A DNA stretch of 64,000 nt, taken from Candidatus Poribacteria bacterium. Its GTDB lineage: Bacteria; Poribacteria; WGA-4E; WGA-3G. The notes under the pieces were generated by a model. That model made no database searches and was not told the origin of the DNA. It saw only the letters and a program-made list of their open reading frames with translations. How positions within the stretch are numbered: the stretch's first letter is position 1; every line of letters starts with the position of its first letter. Below are positions 29,959 through 38,155 of the stretch, in pieces. The DNA lies in the NCBI GenBank assembly GCA_965232115.1, contig OZ246958.1:960076-1024075 (forward strand), given 5' to 3'. A program made the position numbers and the translations under genes.

Positions 29959-30240
29959 TCCAAGAAAGTCAATGCTTTTTTTTCGATGTCCATTGCCACG
30001 GCCATTCTCCCAACGAGGCGTTCAAGGTGCGCGATACGCTCAGCATCCTTGCTTGCTTGCTAATCCGTGGAGACAAACAGCGTCGCCACATTTTCAACGA
30101 CTTGCTGCTTCCACTTCGAGAGCTGTTGTTCGCTGAGGTTATGGTGTCTACACAGTTCTGCTTGCGAAGTTTCACCACGGGGTGCCTCAAGCACGACTTC
30201 TGCTTTAAACTCGGGGGTGAAGTTTCTTCGTTTTGCCATC
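29956..30240 (-). pseudogene. IS3 orfA (HTH/leucine-zipper) interrupted by an in-frame TAG
   Basis: It reads MAKRRNFTPEFKAEVVLEAPRGETSQAELCRHHNLSEQQLSKWKQQVVENVATLFVSTD-TAG-QASKDAERIAHLERLVGRMAVAMDIEKKALTFLE, with the amber codon at 30061-30063. The slippery sequence A AAA AAA G is intact downstream. Confidence 0.6.
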
Positions 30241-30409
30241 GGAATGCTCCTTTCAGTAGATTGTTATTCTATCACAATCTTGTTTTAGAGGGTGGCCCTA
30301 ATTCCCGATGGCAGTACACAAGTTGCTACTTACACGATTTTAGACATGCATACCCCGTTTTTTACTCAAAACTGTCGATGATCGAGGCGTTTTGTAGCGC
30401 AAACTGTAT

Positions 30410-30512
30410 GAAGTTTAAGAAAATATTTCGGTAATATTCGATGCGGTTAGGAAACCGCACCTACCGGGTTTGGGGTGAATTAGAATTACCGAATTAATAA
30501 ATTAATCTTCAT
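30410..30512. repeat. MITE-like repeat family A, copy 1 (~103 bp; terminal inverted repeats ATTTCGGTAAT/ATTACCGAAT)
   Basis: It is near-identical (~95%) to 51858-51960. It contains the conserved hairpin GTGCGGTTAGGAAACCGCAC. Confidence 0.5.
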
Positions 30513-30664
30513 TTAGTTTGCGTCTTCAGATGCACAACTTAACAGGTTATGCTACAAACTGGCAACTTGGGTTATGTTTACTGTAAATAATTTAAATTAT
30601 TGCCTCAATTGTCAACTTATGTTAAAATAATTCGTCAAAGTGTATAGAGAAGATAAATTAAACT

Positions 30665-31489
30665 GTGCGAAAACAATTAAGCGAAACAGGTTCTAAACAT
30701 CCAATGAAAACAACACAATCCACCATAATATATGAGAACCCGCCTATTGACGAGATCGTTTGCGGTATACGCTTCGATCCAATTAAGCAGTTACAATCGG
30801 GGCATTTCGGTGTGCTATGGCAAAAGTTCAGAAGCGATTTTCCGATGACCGAAGACCAAATCATAGTGGGGCCTGTGTCCGAAGAAGATTTTGGAAGCCC
30901 TGACAAGTTTCCATTACCAAGGGTCTGGTTCATACACGAAAACGAAAACGGACTTATCCAAGTACAACGGAACCGCTTCCTTCATAATTGGCGAAAAAGA
31001 CGACCAGAGGATAAATATCCGGGTTACGAAAAAGTTGTCGAGGACTTTGAAAAATATCTATTTGGTTTCCAAGAATTTCTGTTAGAGGAAAACTTAGGGA
31101 ATCTTGTACCAAGGGAATACGAATTAACATATATTGACCTCATTCCCAAAGGACACGGGTGGGAAAATCCTGGCAATTTGGAAAATATTTTCCCAAACTT
31201 ATTATCTCTCACAAGACAGGGCATACCTTTAAACAATGTAAGAGGTATCAATTGGCAAACTATCTTAGATTTACCAGGCAGCTTGGGACAGTTAAGAACC
31301 TCAATTCGTAGTGCCCGTCGGATTTCTGACAATCAAGAAGTCCTTCACATGGAATTTAACGCACTAAGTGACCAACCATATCAACCGAGGCAAACCTGGT
31401 TTGAAGATGCACATAATGCAATTACCAACCTTTTTACTTCTCTTGTGAACGACGAAATTCAAGAGAAGTTTTGGGGGCGAAAATCGTGA
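30665..31489 (+). CDS. Hypothetical protein A of the AT-rich three-gene operon (274 aa; GTG start, alternative ATG at 30704)
   Basis: It is a long ORF in a region of lower GC with no recognisable catalytic motif. Its stop overlaps the next start as GTGA. Confidence 0.5.
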   Translation: MRKQLSETGSKHPMKTTQSTIIYENPPIDEIVCGIRFDPIKQLQSGHFGVLWQKFRSDFPMTEDQIIVGPVSEEDFGSPDKFPLPRVWFIHENENGLIQVQRNRFLHNWRKRRPEDKYPGYEKVVEDFEKYLFGFQEFLLEENLGNLVPREYELTYIDLIPKGHGWENPGNLENIFPNLLSLTRQGIPLNNVRGINWQTILDLPGSLGQLRTSIRSARRISDNQEVLHMEFNALSDQPYQPRQTWFEDAHNAITNLFTSLVNDEIQEKFWGRKS

Positions 31490-31938
31490 GAACTCGCTAC
31501 ACACAAGAAGCAACAACAATAAATAGGGATATAGTCTTTCCATCTCTCCATGGTGAAGCGGAAAAGTTGGATATTTTAAAACCTTTCCAGCAAAGCGTGA
31601 AAACAAGGTCTGGATTTGGCACTACTGTAGCAGTAATAGTTGGAAGTGCAATTTTCCTGCTCGGTGAAAGTGGAACATCAGACATCCCAGAACCTTTCGC
31701 GCAAGACCCAAGTGCATCCCTTGAATTAAACTTTGGCGAAAAGATAGAATCTGGCGTAACCCAAGATTTTGCAGATATACGACAGCAACTACCTCCTTTT
31801 CCAGTCTATAATGAAGAGGATATTCTTAACCTGGATGCTGATATAATCACTCCTCGGTGTGAATTTAGCACAATACGAGTTAAATTGATATACGAAGAAC
31901 CAAGTAAACCAACTCCGGTTGAGGATCCTTGGGAATAA
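31486..31938 (+). CDS. Hypothetical protein B (about 150 aa; GTG start overlapping the stop of A)
   Basis: There is a GTGA start/stop overlap. It has a central hydrophobic segment (FGTTVAVIVGSAIFLLG). Confidence 0.45.
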   Translation: MRTRYTQEATTINRDIVFPSLHGEAEKLDILKPFQQSVKTRSGFGTTVAVIVGSAIFLLGESGTSDIPEPFAQDPSASLELNFGEKIESGVTQDFADIRQQLPPFPVYNEEDILNLDADIITPRCEFSTIRVKLIYEEPSKPTPVEDPWE

Positions 31939-31954
31939 TAAACATCTGTTCCTT

Positions 31955-32491
31955 ATGAATATTGTGAAAACAACTTATCCTTGGTATTGTTTGGTAGATA
32001 GTGATGAAATAGAGCAAGGAGATATTCTGGAAGGTTGTCCTATATTTCTTCCACCGGCCAATTTGACCCTAAATTCCTTAGAAGCAAATTTCAGGTTGAC
32101 ACGACGGAATGTGATCGTTATGTCCCAAAGTTGTGATATGGTTAAGGGTAGAGAAAAAATCACCCAGGTCTTGCTCTGCTTTTTATGGAATCGTTCAGAA
32201 TACACACAGGGACATTTAGCTACGAACAAAGGTATGGAAGAAGCACGTAGGGGGCAACTTCCAGCTCATCACCTGCTAAACGAGTGTGAATTACCTAATG
32301 CAGAAAGAGAATTCAGAATTGTTGACTTTCACAATACTTACACGCTTCCGTTAGATTTTTGTAGGGCGTTTGTGGGAGAATCCCAAAATCGTATTCGGTT
32401 GCTCCCTCCATACCGAGAACATCTCTCTCAGGCTTTTGCCCGTTTTTTCATGCGGGTTGGCTTACCTACCGATATTCCCGCGTTCAGATGA
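31955..32491 (+). CDS. Hypothetical protein C (about 178 aa from MNIVKTTYPWYC; possible TTG start at 31919)
   Basis: The ORF ends with TGATAA immediately before the methyltransferase 3' remnant. It has several Cys residues (WYC, EGCP, SQSCD). Confidence 0.45.
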   Translation: MNIVKTTYPWYCLVDSDEIEQGDILEGCPIFLPPANLTLNSLEANFRLTRRNVIVMSQSCDMVKGREKITQVLLCFLWNRSEYTQGHLATNKGMEEARRGQLPAHHLLNECELPNAEREFRIVDFHNTYTLPLDFCRAFVGESQNRIRLLPPYREHLSQAFARFFMRVGLPTDIPAFR

Positions 32492-32521
32492 TAACCCGAT
32501 CTGACCTTGTCCTCGCCCAAC

Positions 32522-32599
32522 CACTACGGCTTCACTGATGAAGAATTAGACTTCATCACCAACTACGACATCAAATATCGGGTGGGTTTAGGGAATTGA
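32522..32599 (+). pseudogene. Remnant of the last 25 codons of a second MmeI/PglX-like methyltransferase gene
   Basis: It translates as HYGFTDEELDFITNYDIKYRVGLGN-stop, compared with HYGFTDEELDFIINYDIKYRMGLGN-stop at 28919-28996. The two are about 83% identical at the nucleotide level, with mostly synonymous differences. Stop codons lie immediately upstream in the same frame. Confidence 0.6.
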
Positions 32600-33081
32600 T
32601 ACGGCTGGTTGTCTAAATCGCGGATTTTACCGCGTTCAGGGACAGCGGCATTGGCTCTACACAGTCGCTAATTACTAATTTATCCAGACAGTTCGCATGG
32701 ATATTTCGTTAATTCTAATTTACCATTTCGTGTTTCACGGAGAGAGGCTATATTGCGTTCCACGGACCCCCTGACCTTAAAAAGATCTCCGTGAATCGCA
32801 TTGAAACCTACCACAGAAAGCATCTTCCTCGGTAGACTAAAGAACGTTGTCCCTTTCCTATCCTGAAAATCCCATAATCCTGCAAATCCTGATTCAGACA
32901 GTATAAATCTAAGTCCTTCCTCCTATAAAATTTCAGAGTAAGCCTTCCGAGAACCTTTCTCCAAAAACCGCCTAAAACTCAGTCCCAGTATGGATTTACA
33001 ATCCTTATTCAAATGTATCACTTTTCAGACTTTACTCTGAAGTACTCTGAAACGCGCTATTTTCTTTTTGGGATTTTTGCT

Positions 33082-33223
33082 AGGGCTATTTAGTTTTAAG
33101 AGTTAAGTTTACCTACATAAAACCTTCCCGTTTCCGGATGCCCGAATGTATTCGGGATAGCACACTTTTCCCGAACAAGTTCGGGCTTCCGGACTCAAAT
33201 TATTGGAAAACTAAATGCCCCTG
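33082..33223. repeat. MITE-like repeat family B (~142 bp; terminal inverted repeats CAGGGCTATTTAGTTTT / AAAACTAAATGCCCCTG)
   Basis: It is homologous to 58772-58903. Internal palindromes are CCCGAATGTATTCGGG and CCCGAACAAGTTCGGG. Confidence 0.5.
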
Positions 33224-33460
33224 GATTTTTACACAATACGGTTGCACGTATTCCCAACTTCTGTTAAAATTGTATGCAAAAGGAGCAGGACTTACGCAAT
33301 TTTGACCGTAATGCATGCTGTGAGATAGGAATTCTTGGACAAACATAAACGTTTGGAAGGCACGGATTGGGAAACCCAACCCCTACACCGGTTATGCTAC
33401 AAAAGAGCAGCATACGTAAGTGCTAAGGAGTCCTAAACATATTGTGAGACCTGAAAAATT

Positions 33461-34843
33461 ATGGAAATCACTGATCTCAAACAATACATTGCACAAGGCG
33501 AAAATGCCACGACCGAATTCAAAGAAAACTTCGATCAGGAAGCCATTGAGACCGCTGCTGCGTTTGCCAATACCGACGGTGGCACTGTTCTTATAGGTGT
33601 GTCTGATAGCGGAGAAATTAGGGGAATTACTATCGGCAAAGAGACCCTAAGAAATTGGTCAAACCGAATTGACCAAGCGACTGAGCCACGGGTGAATATA
33701 GAAGTTGGAGTCGTTGGCGTGGAAGGGAAATTGGTGCTGTGGATACGTGTTGCAGAGTGCTCGATAAAACCTGTCTCTGTTAAAGGACGGTGCTATAAAA
33801 GAGTAGGGAATAGCAACCGCGTCATGTCTCCCCAAGAGATTGCCCAGATGCACCTTGATGCCACTGGACACACCTGGGATGGTCTCTTAGTTACACGCGC
33901 TGGCATGGATGATATAGATGAGAAAAAAGTTGAGTGGTACCTCACCCGTCGAGAGACAATCCGAAATGTGTCTAAACCGCAAGGTATGAGCATGGCAGCA
34001 TTTTTGAAAAACATTAATGGTGTCGGCGATGATGGCACGCCAACCCACGCTGGCCTTCTTTTTTTCAGTAAGCACCCCCAACGCAGATTCTTCTACAACG
34101 CACAATTACGGGTCGTTAGGTTCAAGGGAACATCCGTTCTCCATCCGGTCATTGATCGCGTTGACTGCTTTGAAACCTTATGGGAGAACGTTAATACCGC
34201 TGAGGAATTCATAAGAAGAAACATCCGCCTTCTCAGTTTTCGGACCTCAAGGAGTTTCCAACGCGATGATAAGTTTGAATACCCACTTAATGCACTACGA
34301 GAGGCGATTATCAACGCCTTGATTCATCGCGACTATCAAGAAACCGCGGATGTCCGCGTTTTCATATTTGACAATCGCGTTGAGATCATTAACCCCGGCA
34401 CTTTTCCAGAAGGTGTTAGCCCAGATGAACCGACTCACAAACCGGTGAACCCTACTTTGAGTCAATTCATGTTTGATATTGGTTTTATTGAACGGTACGG
34501 TGCTGGTATCAGAATGATGCGAAGACTCTGTGAGGAGTGGGGAAACAAAGCACCGCGTTATGTATTTCACCCGCTTGAGACGAAAATCATCTTTGATTCC
34601 CCGATTCAAGAGAGCACTTTTATAGAAATCGATGATATTTCAGAGCAGTTGAACGAGCGTCAAAAGAAGGCTCTATTTTATGTAGAAAATAACGGGCAAA
34701 TTGCGACAAAAGAGTACGTAGAGCTCAACAATGTCTCGCGCCGGGTTGCCTATGAGGAACTAAAAAACATGGCTGATAAAGGTTTATTACACGTAATAGG
34801 CAAGGGAAGAGGAACCAAGTACGTACAAAAAGTAAGCGATTAG
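33461..34843 (+). CDS. Schlafen/AlbA_2-like divergent ATPase with HATPase_c_4 and C-terminal HTH (often misannotated as RecG-like)
   Basis: AlbA_2 N-terminus TTEFKENFDQEAIETAAAFANTDGGTVLIGVSDSGEIRGI. The later motif ALREAIINALIHRDY is typical of this family. Confidence 0.8.
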   Translation: MEITDLKQYIAQGENATTEFKENFDQEAIETAAAFANTDGGTVLIGVSDSGEIRGITIGKETLRNWSNRIDQATEPRVNIEVGVVGVEGKLVLWIRVAECSIKPVSVKGRCYKRVGNSNRVMSPQEIAQMHLDATGHTWDGLLVTRAGMDDIDEKKVEWYLTRRETIRNVSKPQGMSMAAFLKNINGVGDDGTPTHAGLLFFSKHPQRRFFYNAQLRVVRFKGTSVLHPVIDRVDCFETLWENVNTAEEFIRRNIRLLSFRTSRSFQRDDKFEYPLNALREAIINALIHRDYQETADVRVFIFDNRVEIINPGTFPEGVSPDEPTHKPVNPTLSQFMFDIGFIERYGAGIRMMRRLCEEWGNKAPRYVFHPLETKIIFDSPIQESTFIEIDDISEQLNERQKKALFYVENNGQIATKEYVELNNVSRRVAYEELKNMADKGLLHVIGKGRGTKYVQKVSD

Positions 34844-34921
34844 GTAAGCGATTAGGTAAGCGATTAAGTGAACGATTCGCACAAGGAGTTATCATAACAG
34901 TTAAGAAACCTTGCGAGTGAA

Positions 34922-35563
34922 GTGATGCAACCCGTTCAAGTTATCAGACGAACAGACACGAATTATCCAGCAGGATTGGAGCGGTATTTAAAAACAGAAA
35001 CTCCAGAAACGATCTGGACACGCGGGAATCTCAACTTGTTACCTGGACAAAACACCGCCTTAAATGGAGACCTCTGGGCACTTTTCTGCTCCAGCAAATG
35101 TCCGGGGGAGATCATCCTAAAAGCACACGACTTGGCACAGGAATTTAGAAAAGCAGGCATCCCAACAATCGGTGGGTATCACTCTCCAGTTGAACAGGAG
35201 TGCCTACGCGTTTTACTGCGTGGTTCACAACCGATCCTCGTTTGCCCTGCAAGGAGTATCGAACGGATGCGACCGAAACCGGCGTGGAAGGATGCATTAT
35301 CCCAAGATCGTCTCTTGATTCTGTCTATTTTCGAGAATCAGGAACGAACGACAGCAGCATTGGCGAACCGGCGCAACGCCTTTGTTGCGGCATTTGCTGA
35401 TAATATCTGTATTGCGCATGCTGCAGCGGATAGTAAAATCTTGGAATTTGCGCAGATGATAATCGCTTGGGGTAAATCTGTTTTCACCTTTGACACACCA
35501 GCAAATGACGCACTTTTTCGACTTGGGGCGCGACGGATTGAACCGTCCCTAAGTGTAAAGTAA
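34922..35563 (+). CDS. DprA/Smf-like Rossmann (SLOG superfamily) protein
   Basis: LFCSSKCPGEII...AGIPTIGGYHSPVEQECLRVLLRGSQPILVCPARSIER resembles the DprA core (..S.GLA.GID..AHR.AL..GG.TIAVL..GLD). The assignment is tentative. Confidence 0.45.
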   Translation: MMQPVQVIRRTDTNYPAGLERYLKTETPETIWTRGNLNLLPGQNTALNGDLWALFCSSKCPGEIILKAHDLAQEFRKAGIPTIGGYHSPVEQECLRVLLRGSQPILVCPARSIERMRPKPAWKDALSQDRLLILSIFENQERTTAALANRRNAFVAAFADNICIAHAAADSKILEFAQMIIAWGKSVFTFDTPANDALFRLGARRIEPSLSVK

Positions 35564-35717
35564 GGATCAATTGTGTAAGACGCACAATTACTTGGACCCT
35601 GACAGTGGATGAGGTGTTTTTGGGAGTTCTCTCCTACAGAAGAAAGATTAGATTTTTTTGACATTTATGTTGGATAATGGTACAATGGAATTAAATTTAA
35701 GAGAGGGACTGGAGTGT

Positions 35718-36260
35718 ATGAAAAAAAGTAGTGTCACGTTAACCCTTGGGCAAATTGCTGCTGGGAGTATTGTTGGGCTATTAGGCGGTTGGATCTGCCT
35801 ATTGGTGTTTGAGAATTTTATTTGGCAAGTGCTACTCGGGGATCGGATTCGCCATGGCTTTTGGGTCGGTTTGCTGCTCCTCATTTCCTTGAGTGTCTGG
35901 TACGCAACGGTGATCATCGGAGCGAGCCAAGGTATCCGTTTTGTGAGTCAAAAATTCGGTGTTAGCATCCCCTTAAAACCGCTTTATTCAGGGGCATTTT
36001 TGGGGCCGCCCGCTGTCGTCGGTTTGCTTGCGCTGCTTAACGTTCCATGGGAGATATTTGGTAGACCGAACCTGATTTTGGCGTTGATCCTTCCGCTGCT
36101 TAAGGCACTGGCGTATGTTATTTCGTTACCCATGCGCGGGTGGGTGTCGTTGGGTTTACCGGTCGAGATTTGGTATATTCTTGCTGTTCCTATCGGCGCG
36201 ATATTCGGATACCGATTGGCAGCATCTGAAAATACCGAAGTCAGCGCGGAACATGGATAA
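35718..36260 (+). CDS. Polytopic membrane protein, hypothetical
   Basis: The start is at MKKSSV with GGAGTG upstream. It has four or more hydrophobic helices. Confidence 0.4.
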   Translation: MKKSSVTLTLGQIAAGSIVGLLGGWICLLVFENFIWQVLLGDRIRHGFWVGLLLLISLSVWYATVIIGASQGIRFVSQKFGVSIPLKPLYSGAFLGPPAVVGLLALLNVPWEIFGRPNLILALILPLLKALAYVISLPMRGWVSLGLPVEIWYILAVPIGAIFGYRLAASENTEVSAEHG

Positions 36261-36309
36261 ATATTAGAAAGGTTATTTTTCATGAACGGTTGCGAAGATC
36301 TAAAAGCGT

Positions 36310-37743
36310 ATGCTGGAGGTTTTACTCGCCAACATGCAATATGATGATAAACCAAAGGACGAATGCGGTGTCTTCGGTGTCTTCGGTCACCCTAAAGCGG
36401 TAGAGCTAACCTATTTGGGGTTACGTGCCCTGCAGCATCGGGGGCAAGAGAGCAGTGGGATTATCGCGTCAGATGGTGAAAAGTTTACGTATCACCACGG
36501 CATGGGTCTTGTCCATTCTGTCTTTACGACTGAGGTTTTAGCGCAACTCAATGGTCATATCGCTATTGGACACAACCGATATTCCACAGCGGGGGAAAGT
36601 ACACTGGAGAACGCGCAGCCGCTGGTTCGGAATTACAAGCAGGGTCCCCTCGCGCTTGGTCATAACGGCAATCTGGTCAACTCATCGTACATTCGGAACC
36701 ATCTGGAGAATGCGGGTTCAATCTTCAGCACAAGTTTAGATACCGAGGTTTTTTTCCATCTTATAGCACATTCTCGGAAACAGGTTTTGGAAAATAGAAT
36801 TATTGACGCACTTCGGAGTATTGAAGGGGCTTATTCCTTCGTGTGCATGGATAAGAATACACTCATAGGTGCGCGCGATGCGCACGGATTCCGTCCGCTC
36901 TGGCTGGGTAAACTTGATGATGCTTATGTCCTTGCGTCCGAAACGTGTGCGCTTGATGTGATTGAAGCGGAGCCGATCCGTGAGGTGGAACCCGGTGAGT
37001 TGATATTTATACGTTCTGCGCGTCGCGGCGTAGAATCCTTCCGTTTTCGTAGGAGAGAGCCAAAATTATCGCAGTGTATCTTTGAATATATCTATCTGGC
37101 ACGCCCGGATGGTATGATGTTCGGTCAGAGCGTGAATAGTACGCGCCGTGAATTCGGTAGGCAGCTCGCCCGTGAGCATCCCGTCAAAGCGGATGTTGTT
37201 ATCCCGGTCCCCGATTCTGCAACAATTGCCGCCCTCGGTTATGCTGAGGAGTCTGGTATTCCTTTCGATTTAGGATTGTCGAGAAATACCTTCGTTGGAC
37301 GCTCTTTTATGAATCCTACGCAGGATATCAGAGAACTCATGGTGAAGATAAAGTTGAATCCGATACGCGATGTCCTCCGCGGCAAACGGGTCGTGCTTGT
37401 AGATGATTCGATTATGCGTGGGACGAATAGTAGGAAACTCATCAAAATCGTTCGGCAAGGTGGCGCGACCGCTGTCCACCTCCGTATTGCATCCCCTCCG
37501 AATAAATTTTCATGTTTCTATGGTGTGGACACGCCGACACGTGGCGAGTTGATTGCCAGTTCACACACGATTGAACAGATCCGTAAATATATTCGTGCTG
37601 ACAGCCTCGGTTATCTGAGCATTGATGGCATGCTCAACTCGGTGAAGGCATCTCAAGACTTTTGTACCACCTGTTTTGATGGAGAATATCCAATCCCGTT
37701 TGTGGACGAGCCTTCAGAGCAGCTACCCTTGATTGTAGATTAG
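36310..37743 (+). CDS. purF: Amidophosphoribosyltransferase
   Basis: It has DECGVFGVFGH at the N-terminus (Ntn Cys after a propeptide), a PRTase motif VVLVDDSIMRGTN, and C-terminal Cys residues for Fe-S. The start may instead be at 36334. Confidence 0.9.
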   Translation: MLEVLLANMQYDDKPKDECGVFGVFGHPKAVELTYLGLRALQHRGQESSGIIASDGEKFTYHHGMGLVHSVFTTEVLAQLNGHIAIGHNRYSTAGESTLENAQPLVRNYKQGPLALGHNGNLVNSSYIRNHLENAGSIFSTSLDTEVFFHLIAHSRKQVLENRIIDALRSIEGAYSFVCMDKNTLIGARDAHGFRPLWLGKLDDAYVLASETCALDVIEAEPIREVEPGELIFIRSARRGVESFRFRRREPKLSQCIFEYIYLARPDGMMFGQSVNSTRREFGRQLAREHPVKADVVIPVPDSATIAALGYAEESGIPFDLGLSRNTFVGRSFMNPTQDIRELMVKIKLNPIRDVLRGKRVVLVDDSIMRGTNSRKLIKIVRQGGATAVHLRIASPPNKFSCFYGVDTPTRGELIASSHTIEQIRKYIRADSLGYLSIDGMLNSVKASQDFCTTCFDGEYPIPFVDEPSEQLPLIVD

Positions 37744-37846
37744 TGGATTATGGGTACTGGGTTGTGGGTACTGGGTTGTGGGTTATGGGTTGAAGTGCGT
37801 AAGTCCAGTGTAAGTTTGGATTAGTGTTGCCCGACAAGGAACTTTT

Positions 37847-38155
37847 ATGCAGTATAGACAACGTGGTAAACAGAAAAGACCGAATCCGATAGGGACAGCG
37901 CAAGGGCGGCATACGCTCATCTCTTTGCTCGGATGTGCGATCCTCGGTATGGTTCTCAGCAGGGTTCTCCCGCCCCTAATTGGGAAATTACGACCCGGTA
38001 TGACACCGGCTGAAGCCGAGGATACAGGTGTTCTCATTGCGTTGGTTATTAGCGGCATTGTATTGGTCATTAGCCTATTGAGACCGCGAAAACAAAGTGT
38101 TTCACCGCTGCGCAAACAATTAATGAAGGAACAAGAAAAATCAGATGGCAGATAA
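37847..38155 (+). CDS. Small membrane protein, hypothetical (102 aa)
   Basis: It has two hydrophobic helices. It lies between purF and purM, overlapping the purM start by 11 nt. Confidence 0.35.
   Translation: MQYRQRGKQKRPNPIGTAQGRHTLISLLGCAILGMVLSRVLPPLIGKLRPGMTPAEAEDTGVLIALVISGIVLVISLLRPRKQSVSPLRKQLMKEQEKSDGR

Larger units (their letters stand above)
29093..30302 (-). mobile_element. IS3-family insertion sequence (~1.2 kb)
   Basis: It has orfA and orfB with an A8 slippery site (programmed -1 frameshift). The imperfect terminal inverted repeats are ATTAGGGCCA...TGGCCCTAAT. Confidence 0.75.

Noticed and set aside
29969-30190. 73-aa ORF inside the IS3 orfA region
   Set aside because: It is an alternative frame of the orfA region. 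The genuine orfA frame (MAKRRNF...IEKKAL) is the one with leucine-zipper and HTH character.
34830-34880. Possible CRISPR-like repeats (12-mer GTAAGCGATTAG x3.5)
   Set aside because: There are no spacers between the units and only about 3.5 tandem copies. It is a simple short tandem repeat overlapping a stop codon, not a CRISPR array.
21438-35600. Prophage interpretation of the accessory island
   Set aside because: There are no phage structural, terminase or integrase genes. The content (nuclease-helicase, methyltransferase, toxin-antitoxin, IS, Schlafen-like ATPase) fits a defense island rather than a prophage.
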